Assembly (NCBI GenBank): GCA_052426225.1
Contig: JBNJNM010000015.1
Span: forward strand, 124,001-188,000
Reading direction: 5' to 3'
DNA: 64,000 nucleotides
DNA from: Zancudomyces culisetae HAW-14-8
Lineage: Eukaryota; Fungi; Kickxellomycota
This document shows positions 23,813 to 36,700 of this stretch, in pieces; position 1 is the stretch's first letter, and each line of letters starts with the position of its first letter. Under the pieces are notes generated by a model that was given only the letters and a program-made list of their open reading frames with translations, did no database searches and had not been told where the DNA came from. The position numbers were made by a program, and so were the translations under genes.

Positions 23813-26215
23813 TTTAATTCATTCTACACTCTGAACATATCCTTGATGAATTTAATTGTTGAATCTAGATTTATTTTTCAATCTAAAGTTATAAGCAAAA
23901 AACATTGAAATTAGTGATGTTTGGCTAGATACATAAAACATTTTCAATAGAAGGGATGGTTATTTTGCATCTCCAAATCCAGCTAATGTAAACCAAATCC
24001 TCGCCCTTTTTTTATTTCTGATAAATCATGACAAACTTGAAGTAAATGATCAAAAAATCCTCATCGTTTTTTTTTCTCAACTTCACTTCACAAGCGCTTT
24101 CAAGATTAAGCAAGGAATATCAACAAGTTTAACCATTTGCATCCGGGCAATTTAGATTGCGCTTCTATTTTTTCTTTTCTGGGCAAATTTAATAGTTTTC
24201 AAATGCATTTTGCGTTACATCACGCTCTAGTTAAATCCACTTTAATTGTGTGATACATTATTTAATAATAGCTTTTATTCACAAACATTCTACCAAGGTC
24301 TCAGAAAAAAAAATTTTTTTTTCGCTCTTTGTATCATTCATTATTAGCTGCCTAGTTCCCTTTCTCGGTTTCATTTGCTCTTTATATTCACGGGCGAAAA
24401 CATCATCTTTTGATATTTTTGATACAAGAAAGGCAAGTTTATTCGCTAGTAGGCCAACGCAACTGCAGGAAGGCCTTTCGCCTAACTGTTCTTCAAATAT
24501 TAGCTAGCTTGGTATTGCAGAATAAGGTGGACATAATAATGCATTCGTCCCATTTGCAACGAGGCTTCCTCAATTCTGTCTCTCATCCTACCTCTCAATC
24601 TCTGACAGTACCTAATGGTTGATGGGTAAATACACGACAGAAAAAATTCCGCTTCTACCAATCTACCACAACACCATTTACATTATAATTGATGGGTTGT
24701 GCAAAATGTGTAACTATGTTTGCTCACTTGAACTCAAAACCTAATATTATAAAATATCGGAAATTATTTGCCGAGTGATACACCATAGGATTAATAATCC
24801 AGATTCGCAGTCATTCGACAAAAATAAATACGCTAATTTAATTCCCTCCAACATTTCCTGCCTATAATCGAAATTCAATATCACTCAAATCGCAAAGTTT
24901 ATCATTCAGTCATCCCAATAAAAATGTTGTAAAAAAGAAAATGGATACATTTTGTTACAATTGCCTAAAATAGCTGACCAATAAACGTAGGTGGTAAGCT
25001 ACCCAATCTATCTATTTTTGGGGATGGTTCCTGGCTCAACATCGAGAACTTTTGGCTTTGCCATGCTTGGTAAATCAGTTATCTCCGTGCATACAAGTTG
25101 TAACAAGCATGATAATCCTTCAACTGGAGTGGGGTGGGGTGGATGTGTGGATTCATCAACCTGCGTTATTGCGCCTAACAAGTTGATTTATCGTGTGTGC
25201 CTCTACCAAACAGAAAAAAAAAGGGTAATGCGTTTTCAGCTGTTTTATTTATAGTAAGTCGATGAAAACCAAACCATCAATCCAGCATATACATATGTGT
25301 ATAAACAAGTTTACCCGAACCTGATAATAATTAAAAAATGATCCAAACAAATATTTCTGTTGCCAACAAGAAAAACGAAAATTGAACAAAAGCGTATATC
25401 AAGATAGTTTCAATCTTAACTGTAACACTATAATAAAGAAATAGAGAGCATCCGTTCATGTAGACCAGTGTCGGATTTTTTATTGGAGATAATACAAACA
25501 TCTCTTCTATATACACTTTTCTTTGAAAATTGGCAACACAACCGAGCTCTATCTGCTAGAATTAACCTCTTCACATCCCTTCCGACTGCAAGAGTTTTTC
25601 ACTAATAAAGTATATTGCGACCAAAAACAATTGAAAACAATTGAAAACAAGTAAAAAGTCAAGTAACCGTACTTTCGGGCATATACAGTCGTAAAAACAC
25701 CACCTATAAGTACTAAGATAGCATTGCTTTATCCCACTACTTGCTTACATTTTTTTAGTTTATCTGTACTTGTACATCTATACGTATCCTATCCATCATA
25801 GGTAAACTCTCTTCCCAGTGAGAATTGGAAAGCCATATATGCTTCCAGAGTTTTTACAAAGCTAAAACATAGTAGTCATTTTTTCAATCTTGCTTTTTAT
25901 GGTTCTGGTTACATTTATGAGGTTCAATTTTTATTTCATTAAACAATCTACATAGATGAGATTAGTCAGGTGAAAGTTTAATTATGTTGGAAAAAATAAT
26001 CAATTTAAACTAAATCACTTCTCCAAAAAAAAAAATTTTTTTTTGAAATTTGAACAAGAACTCAGGTTAAAGAGTGAAGGTGCGAGGTTACAATTAAATA
26101 AGAACATATATATTTTCTTTAAAAAAAAAACAGAATCAATCCAGTGTTTATCAAGAACTTGGCAATTTAAATATTTATTATCCATACATTGTTGTCATAT
26201 ACAGTACGAATAAAA

Positions 26216-27088
26216 ATGAGTGAGGGTAGCAAGGTATCATCGAGAAAATCGGGTGCAAAGAAAGGATCACAAAAGTATCAAAACGCTTTTGCATATACTC
26301 ATAACAGAAAATCCAAGCTCACAAAAAAAATTCAGGAAATGCCGGTTGACGGACTTTGTGCACGATGTACTGAGCAGATTCTTTGGAGAAAAAAGTATAG
26401 AAAATACAAGCCTCTTACGACCGCGTCAAAATGGTAATAGCCCTAACGTCCATTTATTATATACCCCTATCTCTTTTTGTTTTTTTTATACCATTTATAC
26501 AGTATTATCTTGAAATTTTCAATTATTTATGATATTTTGCACACGAACCCTTGAAAAACAACAGTGTAAAAATAAGCAACTTGAAACAACAACGTGGAAT
26601 ATTATAATCTATTTAGTGTCAGTTGCGGAAACAGATCAGTCAAAAAGGCGTACCATGTACTATGTGATCCATGTGCTCGGGAAAAGAGAGTATGTGCCAA
26701 ATGCATGGAAAAATCTGAGATTGTTGTATTGTAAGTTTGTTTTTAACGTATATATGCTTTTTTTTATTCCACAATAATATATACATCTCTATGGTAAATT
26801 TATATTCAATTAAAATTGTATCAATATTATCTTTGGACTCGTAGGCAAGAGCCAGAAAGCCAAAAAAATACCAACTATGGTGTCGTATCGAATAACATAA
26901 ACATTGAGGATCTACCCGAGGACGAAGAGCATAATCTAAAACAAAAATTGGATGGATATAAAGAGCGAGAGAAGAGAACGATTTTGAGAAAGCTCAACAA
27001 AGGCGAGCTTGATATTTCTGAAATACCCGAAAAACCTGGTATGTATTCCTCCGACGAATTTAGTGATTCATACGACTCCGAGGAATAA
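26216..27088 (+). CDS. C9orf85/DUF2039 zinc-binding protein (3 exons: 26216-26433, 26617-~26730, 26845-27088)
   Basis: QKYQNAFAYTHN, GLCARCTEQILWRKKYRKYKPL, spliced KCVSCGNRSVKKAYHVLCDPCAREKRVCAKC; KEREKRTILRK. Confidence 0.87.
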
Positions 27089-27540
27089 CTTACCCTATAA
27101 TCTTTTTGTGTATGAAAAAATTGTGTAAAAACTGTTCAAGTACTTCTTTAAAGAAACGAACCTTGAAACCAAAAAAAAAAGTTGGATGGCGAATATTATA
27201 AACTACATGGGTCTACAGTAAATATGATATTTGCAGCTTGCATCCAAACTCACATATCTACTGGAGAGAGTAAGGCAATAAGACATTCTATACAAAATAT
27301 GGCGCATTAAAATTGTATACTTGCACAAGAGGTTCATTTTTTATATTTTTAGAAAAGCGCTACTGCTAATCTACACTGGATTCGGAACCTTTTAATGATT
27401 TCTTTACTCGCTATACGCTTTTTCAAATTATTTAACTCTGCTACATTTTATTAGACAAGCATTTAGCTCATTAGTTCAAGTACACAAATAATGTTGAAAA
27501 TGTTAATACTAGAACCTAGAAACAGACAAGTTTAAGTTTA

Positions 27541-27554
27541 CCCCCCCCCCCCCC
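27541..27554. repeat. C14 homopolymer
   Basis: 14 consecutive C in an AT-rich intergenic region. Confidence 0.9.
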
Positions 27555-28237
27555 TCCACGTCTCTTTCTTTCTACAAGATATAGGAATTTTTTGAATATG
27601 TATCTACTTTTACTTGAATCAATGAATGATAATCACGACTAAGATTGGTTAATGATATGGTTTACTGATCGTTTACTATTTTCCAAGGTGTATATGTCTT
27701 GTTGGATATCCCATATTTCAACTCTATGTCTACACAAGCATGTGGTGGGTGGTAGGAAGGGAAACTTTTTAGAGAATTTCTGAAAATTATATAACCACAA
27801 TATTTCTTTTTTGGTCGCTATACCCCTTTTTCTCTTAGACTGAGCTGCTCAGGCTGTATGTTTTTAATATTAAGAAGGTTATGAGGTTGCTTGTTGTGAT
27901 ACAGAGGTAAATATAGGAATGGGAGAGAGAGGGAGGAGTTGTAAGTTTGGGGTCTACAGTGGAAAATAAGACAGTGATTGTATCATTTAAATTTTATCAA
28001 AAAAAAAAAGTGAGCTCTTGAGTTCTAGTAGGGAGTGCTGAATTCCCATGATAATGAGTTTCATGGACCAAGCCCTGATTGTACTACATGTTAGAGAGAA
28101 AGCAAAAAAATCATTCTGCCAATAAAAATATGTTTATTAACGATTAAGTTTGCAAACCTTTGTATATTTCTTTTTGTTTGTTCGAAATAAAAGTGAACAC
28201 GAAAAAAGAGGGAAAAGCCAAGTAAAATTGTAAATAG

Positions 28238-30229
28238 ATGGGGATAAAGGTAACTGTAGATTACCTCACAGGCTTAGGGAGAGGTATATTTCTCGCAGGG
28301 GAAAAGATTGAATGTGTAATAACTTTTTGTAGGGAGGCAGAGAAAAAAAATGGTGAAAATGGAGGAGATGAAGGCGATGTAGAGGATGGGTACAGAGCCT
28401 TAGGTCTAGTGCAGTTCAATGGGAAGATACATTTGAACCAACGGTTTATAAACTCGGAAGCATTTGGCATTATAGAGAGGGAAATGATGGTGGATAGTGA
28501 TGTTGAGAAATACAAAGAAAGTGCAATAGACAAAATAATAAATCCAATGAAGATAGTACGAAGAGATAAATGGGAGGGAAGAGAAAGAAGAGGGAGTTCG
28601 GTACCACCGATTGGTGGTGTGGGTGGGGGGTTTGCGGACAAGCTTACAACTGCCTCGATAGAACATGGCCAATTCAAGGCCAGCCAACAAAGTTATACGA
28701 TTAGCCAAACACAAACAGAAATCCTGTTTGGTGAAATGAAGCTAACCAAAGAATCAAGAGTAAAGCGGTTCAAGGTGGGAATACAATTGAAGGAAAATAT
28801 GCTACCAAGTTTTAATGGGCAAAGTGTTAAGATCGAGTATGAAATCGTAATTTATGTGAAAAAGAGAAGCTTGGTAGACGACAAAGATACCGTCGTCCTA
28901 AGGATACCTGTTGTTATTGTGCAAAACCCAGCGAATTTCATCAATAGAAAAAGCGAGATTTGCAGAGTATCCGAAATAATTAGCGCGAGTCGACAATTAG
29001 ATATTTCAAGCCAGGTATACTCGGATACGGAGAAAGAACCCACTAACCAAGCTGATAAACAGGGTCAAAGTAAGGTAGTTTATAAGCTGCCACAGGAAGA
29101 TTTACAAGGCAATAGTATAAAGCTTGATGAAAAGCTGAAAAAATCCGCCTATTTACAAGAGGTTGTGGAAAAGATGACTCGTAAAGTCCAGGAGACAGAG
29201 AAGGACTTTATTTTTAACAAGATACGAGAAATAACTAATGTGTATGAGCCGACTATATTTGTCTTGAAGTTGAAAAATGCTGAAGTGGCGAATGTCAAAA
29301 TATTTAGGACAAGATATCAATTTGGTGACAGAGTACTTGGAACAATAGAGTTTCGTTGTAATGGTGGTATTGGGGGCTACAGAAGTGACGCAGACAGTAG
29401 TAGGGATAGTGCGGGTAGTGGTTCTATTAGTCGTAACGAAAGTTTAAGAAATAATATGGATGAGGCTGGAGCTGTATACCAGGTTTCGATATACTTGGAA
29501 AGCTATGAACAGGTTGGTGAAAAATTTGGAAACATGAACCCGGAAAAGGCTAAGGATATGAGCAAAACTATAACGAGTGAGTACCACACATTTTGCAGAG
29601 GGTACAAGAAGCTAGGATTCTGTTTATCTACCGCAACCGTGGGAGCACTGAGAAGCAGAGCACATGATGGGGCACCGAGAGGTGTGCATTATAGCTTTGA
29701 GAGTGATTTATTGACAATCAAGTATCAATTGCGGATACAAATTATAGTTCAAGATACTGAGCAGCCAGTTACCCCAATGCTTTATTCGCCTGTAGAAAAT
29801 TTCGGATTCAACAACAATTACATAAACAATATCAACAATACCCCTGCCATTAATAGCCCTAGAAATGGTAATGATGGAAGCACTAAAACACCTAGTGGTA
29901 ATAATGATAGCCGATTTGACGGCGATAAAAGTAACGAGCAAGGAAATGTTCAAATGTATAGTTATGGCGATACTAGAAATAATGAAAACATTATTGGCAA
30001 TTTTAACCAACACAACAACAATATTAAGCTGCGATACGACTTCAAGTCGGCTTTGAAAGGCATGTTTCTAAACTGCGAAATTCCATTGACTGTACTACCG
30101 AGTTTGGGTTATTTATGTTGCCAAAATGATAGCCAACATCAAACCAAACCCTCAACAGCAGAGGCAGGGGCGGGGGTGGGAACGGAAACAATGCAGACAC
30201 CAAAGAACCAATTGCATTTAACTTGTTAA
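28238..30229 (+). CDS. RGP1: Rgp1, subunit of the Ric1-Rgp1 Rab6/Ypt6 GEF
   Basis: N-terminus GIFLAGEKIECVITF; LPSFNGQSVKIEYEI; YQFGDRVLGTIEF; SFESDLLTIKYQLRI; LNCEIPLTVLP. Confidence 0.82.
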   Translation: MGIKVTVDYLTGLGRGIFLAGEKIECVITFCREAEKKNGENGGDEGDVEDGYRALGLVQFNGKIHLNQRFINSEAFGIIEREMMVDSDVEKYKESAIDKIINPMKIVRRDKWEGRERRGSSVPPIGGVGGGFADKLTTASIEHGQFKASQQSYTISQTQTEILFGEMKLTKESRVKRFKVGIQLKENMLPSFNGQSVKIEYEIVIYVKKRSLVDDKDTVVLRIPVVIVQNPANFINRKSEICRVSEIISASRQLDISSQVYSDTEKEPTNQADKQGQSKVVYKLPQEDLQGNSIKLDEKLKKSAYLQEVVEKMTRKVQETEKDFIFNKIREITNVYEPTIFVLKLKNAEVANVKIFRTRYQFGDRVLGTIEFRCNGGIGGYRSDADSSRDSAGSGSISRNESLRNNMDEAGAVYQVSIYLESYEQVGEKFGNMNPEKAKDMSKTITSEYHTFCRGYKKLGFCLSTATVGALRSRAHDGAPRGVHYSFESDLLTIKYQLRIQIIVQDTEQPVTPMLYSPVENFGFNNNYINNINNTPAINSPRNGNDGSTKTPSGNNDSRFDGDKSNEQGNVQMYSYGDTRNNENIIGNFNQHNNNIKLRYDFKSALKGMFLNCEIPLTVLPSLGYLCCQNDSQHQTKPSTAEAGAGVGTETMQTPKNQLHLTC

Positions 30230-31553
30230 GATAAACTCGAGCCGTGTAGATTAGGATCAAGACTTGGATATACATGTTTCTTGCTGCCAATGTCTTTAAC
30301 TGAGGGGGGAAGTGTGACTCCTTTTTTGTCGACAGGAAGGCTCTGTTGTTGGGCAGGACCCTTCGGTTTCTTCTTGGCCCATTGCACGTTGATGGATGTT
30401 CCGTCAATAACACATTCGGGTATGCTATTTTCCATGGCAACCTCTGCACACGAGCGATACTTGTAATTCACAAATCCACATCGCTTTTTGGGATCCAAAA
30501 TAACACTCTTCACCTCGCCAAACCCGCTAAAATACTCTTGAATCTTTTGTTTTCCGTATTTTCCGCCATCTTTTGATAAAAAATCCTCGTTTATTTGACT
30601 GATGAATAAACTTGTAATGCTTTTGTCCTGTGTTTCGTCGCTTTCTTTTAGTTTTTTGCGGTGAATATTCAGCAGCTTGTTTGCTACCGGATCATTTTTG
30701 CCATGATATCGATCAACAATGTTTTGTTTTTCCAGATCATTATCGACGGTTGGCATTTCGTGTCGGTATGGGCAGCTTTCACCTCTGGTGCAAGTTCCTT
30801 TGACATAGAACGAGCATATGTGTGGTAAATTTCGTTTGTAATATGGTGCTGTTCTAGCTATCTTTTTAAGAACTTGTTTCTTACTACCCCCACCAGTACC
30901 ACCTCCACCATCAATGTTTCCCTCCAACAGTTGCTGCTGTTGTTGCTGTAGTTCCATTCCGTTTTTTTCAAGATTTTGTATATAATACATTCTATTAACC
31001 AGCTCTTTAGGTTCATTTTCGTTGTTTACTTCCATCACCGTGTCCCGAACCTGTACCGGTAGCCCAAATTGTAAATCCAAAATACATGTTTGACACACAT
31101 TTTTCAATTTTGCACAAATTTGACAGATTTCGGTTTTCTTATATCTCATCCCCACTCCTGGTGACCAGCGGAATACCGTAAAGGGTCGTGAACAAATCTA
31201 TATGTCGGAATTATTGTTTACATTTTAATCTCGTTTTTCAAGATCCAATTCTCTCCAAACCAAAGTATATATTTGCTATACAAAACCGCTACAAAACTAA
31301 CCTTGCATTCACTACCATGTCTCTCTTTCGTCATTCGCACGTACGGATTATCACCCAAACATGTTTCACATAATATTGGGAAATCCTATTTTGAATTTAT
31401 TTCAATAAAGAAAACATAACATTTAGTAACCTACTTGTCCTACTCAATATTTTTTCTCCTTTTGCAATATTATTTTATTCATCGCGAATATAATCCATTA
31501 TATATAACACCTACCGAATCTTCCCAAGTTTCCAATCCCTCTGCTTTACTCAT
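30226..31553 (-). CDS. SLT11: Pre-mRNA splicing factor Slt11/Ecm2/RBM22 (3 exons)
   Basis: Spliced N-terminus [22 protein letters not shown]...[14 protein letters not shown]; [23 protein letters not shown]; CCCH finger; RRM. Confidence 0.95.
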
Positions 31554-32473
31554 CTGTATTTGTGTGGATGTAAAGTTTTTTATTTAATTAATTTATTTTG
31601 TCGTTGGTATTTCTAACGCTAGTACCTAAAACTTGCTTTATATAGTATAACAACACTTACTATAAATATATATTTGAAGCAGTTACTCAAATTATACTTG
31701 GTAAAGTTGCAATAATTTCCGCTAATTAATGAGCAAAAAATTTTTTTTGTTTGCTCAAGTTTATTTGCGTTTTTGATTTTTGAACCAGGATCAAACATGT
31801 TTAGCCATGATATTTTTTCTCTTTTTTGTGCTATATGCTTATTTGAACTTTTGGGTAATAAGCACTACTAGTAAATACACTAAACAATAAACAGCAATAG
31901 ATTGGTTGGCAAAAGAAGAAGGAGAGGAGTAAAGCAAAGGTTTACTCCCTCTTTTGCATTTACACACTGTATTCGCGGTTCACTTTGTTTCTTATGAAAT
32001 AAATCTTTCAACTGCTGATAGACTTGTACAACCCATTTTCGTTTTAGTGTTACTCACTCTTTATTTGTACTTTTATTATTAGTTATTTTTATTTAAATTT
32101 CACTTTTTTTGCAAATATCCAGATGATAAATAAAGAAAACAAAGGTAAAAATATAATTGTCTGGGCGGGAAGAACAAACAAGACCTAACCACATGAATGG
32201 CTACATAAACAAGTGAGTACGTGTATGAGTGAAGGCCACCATAATATAGTTCAAAAGGAGAAGAAGGGGGGAAATGGAAGAGAATAGGAGGAGTGTGCTT
32301 GAAAATAAGGAGATCAGAGAAAATGTGAAACGTATATATAACAATAACACATATTACATTTGGCGGTATATACGTACATAGAGCTCCTCCGTTACCATTT
32401 TCTCTGCCTAACACACATTTCAAGAGGAAGAGAGGTGTTGAAAGGGGAAGGGAAGTGAAAGGAAAGGAAAAAG

Positions 32474-33745
32474 CTACACCCACTGTCTCGGATTCCTGAA
32501 AATTTCCTGAGAGAGGGCCTCTAATGAGCCCTTTTTGGGCTTGTAGTTGTAAAAGAAGATACAGTTTAAGGGAATAGATGACAAAATACTTTCGGCCCTG
32601 ACGGAATTGGTAATACCAAATTTGGTTCCACGATCAAAACATAGATTGAATTCTGCAGACCTGCCTCTCCTAATAAGCTGCCACTCCTTGTTCTTGGCTG
32701 TGTAGGGGGTGTTCATTCTACGATGAAGTATTGGCATGTAACTGGATAAAAATGCGCGCGAAAGATCCCGAATAAATTCAAATAGCTCGGCTGCAGGCTT
32801 GTTGTCCAGATCATCAAAAAAGATTCCACCAACACCACGGCATTCACCTCTGTTTGGTAAATAGAAATATTCGTCGCATTTTTTCTTAAATGTATGGTAA
32901 TACCTTGGATCATACTTGTCACAAACACTTTTGTGAATTGCATGGAAAAACACAACATCTTCGTCTATCACATAGGACGGAGTCAGATCTGCACCCCCAC
33001 CATACCAATATGCTATGGGCTCAGCGTCCCTGTTTTCTGCGTCAAACATTTCAAAATACCGGTAATTAGCATGTGTTGATGGCGCAAAGGGGTTGGTTGG
33101 ATGTATAACTATTGTCAGCCCTGCCAATCTGTATCTGTAGTCTTTATTCCCCAAACTCTTGTGTCTTATCTCATGTAATGGTGTGCTTAATTTCAAAGAG
33201 CCCTCCATTACGGATACATTCACGCAAGATTTTTCTATCACACTTCCTCCTTGTAAAACACGGGTTATTCCATATCCATGTCCCTCACGTACCCACCTAT
33301 CATACGAATATTTCTTTCCGTCAAAATCGCTTAAAACTTTGCAGAGACTCTCCTGCATTCGCAATATAAATTCTTCAACCTGTAGATATACAGGTTTGTT
33401 GTGATTTCCTCTCCCTACTGGACTTATTGGGCTGGATTTTTCTTGATGTATATCTTTATCTTTTACAACGCCATTGGATTCACTACTTGACTCACCTTTC
33501 GCGTCATACTCCCTCTCCTCACCTCCACTAGCTACTTCATCGCTATCAGAGTGATCTTGTCCATTTTCACGCCCGTCGGTCTGGTTGTTCTCTAACACTT
33601 CTGAGTTTGCCGAAAATCCTTCTTTATTCTTTCCTATTAGGTTTTCTATCTTTATCTTTTTTGCTGAACTCTCATACTCCACATTATCTGTAGATTTCCT
33701 CTTTTCCAGTGCAAAGTCACCGTTTATTTCCTTGGACAATCCCAT
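32474..33745 (-). CDS. HEM13: Oxygen-dependent coproporphyrinogen III oxidase (divergent, N-terminally extended)
   Basis: HANYRYFE, GGGADLTPSY, RGVGGIFFDDL, EFNL.FDRGTKFG, PRQWV. Confidence 0.88.
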   Translation of the reverse strand: MGLSKEINGDFALEKRKSTDNVEYESSAKKIKIENLIGKNKEGFSANSEVLENNQTDGRENGQDHSDSDEVASGGEEREYDAKGESSSESNGVVKDKDIHQEKSSPISPVGRGNHNKPVYLQVEEFILRMQESLCKVLSDFDGKKYSYDRWVREGHGYGITRVLQGGSVIEKSCVNVSVMEGSLKLSTPLHEIRHKSLGNKDYRYRLAGLTIVIHPTNPFAPSTHANYRYFEMFDAENRDAEPIAYWYGGGADLTPSYVIDEDVVFFHAIHKSVCDKYDPRYYHTFKKKCDEYFYLPNRGECRGVGGIFFDDLDNKPAAELFEFIRDLSRAFLSSYMPILHRRMNTPYTAKNKEWQLIRRGRSAEFNLCFDRGTKFGITNSVRAESILSSIPLNCIFFYNYKPKKGSLEALSQEIFRNPRQWV

Positions 33746-36700
33746 TTTTTTGCCTATATTTTGTTCCAGCTTGATTCCGGATGGGTTTTTCTTTTCTTTT
33801 TCTTTTTAAAAAATAAATATCTATAATTCAAGACCGACTTTAAAGTAAATAAACCGAGTCAAGTATGATCCTGGCAGCAAATAAAAAATATCGTCTTATG
33901 CACAATTATTTCCGTTTCCCGGAGTGAATTCAAAAATATATGCTTGTCAGTTTAACAAAGATTTTTTACACACCTAATATTTAGTTTTAGTTTTAGTATG
34001 CTGATTGAGGTGTATTAGAAACACATATAGTTAAAATAATGAAACGCACGTTAGTTGGGACATTGCGCGTTTTTAAAATAAAAAACCTACCTTTTCTTTT
34101 TCTTTTAAGTGGATAGCTTTAAATATACTCCAATTCTCTAAGAAAGAAAAAATCAAAAGTACAAGAGTGTTCTTGTTTATTGCTATTTTTATCTTTTACT
34201 GCTGTTCTAAAAAAAAACCCTTCACTTTCTGATTTTCACTTACTAAACTTTTAGAACAATTTTATTTCTTTCAGTCAAGTATTGGTGTCAGATATGTTGC
34301 TTTTATAACCCCTATGTACCTACCTAAGGGTGAAACGCTTCTGTGTGTATTTCTCCAAAGTAATGCTCGCTTTTTCCTATTGCACTATTTTCGTACAGCG
34401 TCTTATTCGCGTGTTTTGGCTATCCCTTTCTGTATTAATATTTTTTTAATACAGTGGCTTTTTTTTACTGAATCAGTTATATATCATCCTATACCCTAAT
34501 CTGACCTGTCTATCTTATAACTTTTTCTTTCACTACAAATAGCTGTGTATTTTTTATAAAAAAAAAGTCGAGGAAATTTTTTGTGTAAAGATACGTGCTT
34601 TATAAATGAAATCGGTTCAATTTTGAGTTGGAAAAACGATTTTTTTAACCTTCTTCAAGCCCAAGCGCCATAAAAAATTATGGATGCCAGAATATTCTGC
34701 TTCCCCCTCTTGATAATTTGCGACAAACTCGACAATTTTTCTCCTCGCTCTGGTTTTACGTAACTTTTCTTGGTAAATTTTAATTATATAAATGTCTGCA
34801 AACATAGTTTGCCTTGTTGAGATTCAGTAAGAGCTTCTTTGATGTTTTCGAAACTACAAAGAAATCTCTGCATAAACCTTCACGATACTAAAAGTTTATT
34901 TTGGCTTCCTAGGGCAAACACTTGGTTGCATCGAAAATTTCACGTTATTCTCATCAACACCACTAATTTGTAGAGGCCTATTCTCTGTTATTTTTTCGTT
35001 GCCAAAACCATCCAATGGTAGCTATGCAAATTTGCAAACCAAGCTAATTCATGAAGGAAAGAAGGGGGAAAGAATTAATTAAGCAGTGTTAATCTAACAA
35101 CTTTTTTTTTTTCCACCTCTTTGCTATTTGATAAGCCTTTTATCACTCATTCTCACTTAATCAGCTAACAATAATAGAAATTCAAATAGTGCCAAATTGC
35201 CTGATATTAGCTAATTTGTTTTTTTTTTGCTTATTCATGTGTTATATTTGTAATGAACGACCATAGGAAATCGCGCCATTATGTTTATCATTGATTTTAT
35301 GTAATATGCAAAAACGTAAAAAAATATTGAAAAATGAAGGGCAAAAAAAAATAGCTTAGTAATCTCAGATGCTTCTACCCAACTCGTCCTTGATAAAGTG
35401 TTTTGGATTCCTTCCAAACAGGCCACCAGCAATATAACGAATAATGAGGATTGTGGTGTTACTCTAGACATGATATGAACAAAAAAAATTTAATTCATGT
35501 TCGACCGGAGATTCTAATTCCGATGAAAAACAGCCTATATTATACATCTATTGGCATCTTAAAACACATTATGGTTGTGCACAAAGTACATGTCAGAGAT
35601 GAGTCTTTCAAACCAAATCGTTAATATTGCCTATACACTAAACCATGGTAGAAAATTCCACTTTGCTCTCCATATATACATGACTTTCTTCCTGATCCTA
35701 ATGCGGATGACAATTCCTTCGTATGTCTGTTTTTGTTTGAAACAACAATGCTTTTTTGAATTGCGCGATTTTACCATTCTCCTATTTTATTGTTTCACGA
35801 ATTGGTCAAACTATATAAAGATTTGTTTCATTTTTATTTTCCCTTTCATTGCTTCTGTTTTGCTCTTATGTTGTGTATATATAAAAATCTGATTACAAGC
35901 ATTTGCTCTTGTTACAAGCCTAATTTCTACAGCATGTAGAGATTTTACAAAAGATTTTGTACCATTAGCTGGCGAAATTGATGCAAAACTGGTAAAATGG
36001 GTAGAGTATATCCTAATGGCTCTTAAAACGAACATATCAGTTTTTTCGAGTGATGAAAATATCTCTGATCATAGGATCCAAATATTTTTGCGATTTCATA
36101 CGCTCAATCGTTTGTTTTATTATACCTTTACTCAATATCTGCTTTTTTAATGTTAGCTTACATTCAGAGTAGATTTAGTATGTTTTGTATACATTATCAT
36201 TCAATAAATCAGCTAACAGTATTTTATGGAAAGCTATAATCTAAATAACTTTAATTGTGATTTCGCATTGCAGATCAATGTTAAATCCTCCTTTTTTTTA
36301 CCAAAGGATTACCCATGAACACCAGACCTTGAAAAAGTAATCATGAATCGAAGGATATAAAGGTATTCAACCACATAAAACCACTTTACTACGCTTTTAC
36401 TATATTAACTATAGTTATCCATTCGTAAAATATCAACCCTTTATTTTCACCTGAGAATGCCTCGTAAGACTTTCATCTACTGTTTTATTTTGTATAAAAA
36501 TATAAATATTGCGCATACTCAGCTTTACAAATTCACAGTACTTCGCTTATTATCTCAAAAACGGAAAACTCACGCGTTAGTGACTAAGCAAATACCAAAA
36601 TATTTTGCTGCAATCATGGGATACTAATCACCCCTCTCTAATGTACTCAGATATTGAACAAATGTGCTATGATCCGATGGGTTACAATAATAACTGCTGG

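Noticed and set aside
24250-25516. Short ORFs in the RDS2-like/DUF2039 intergenic region
   Set aside because: No motifs, often non-ATG starts, and no coherent spliced model; likely a long promoter
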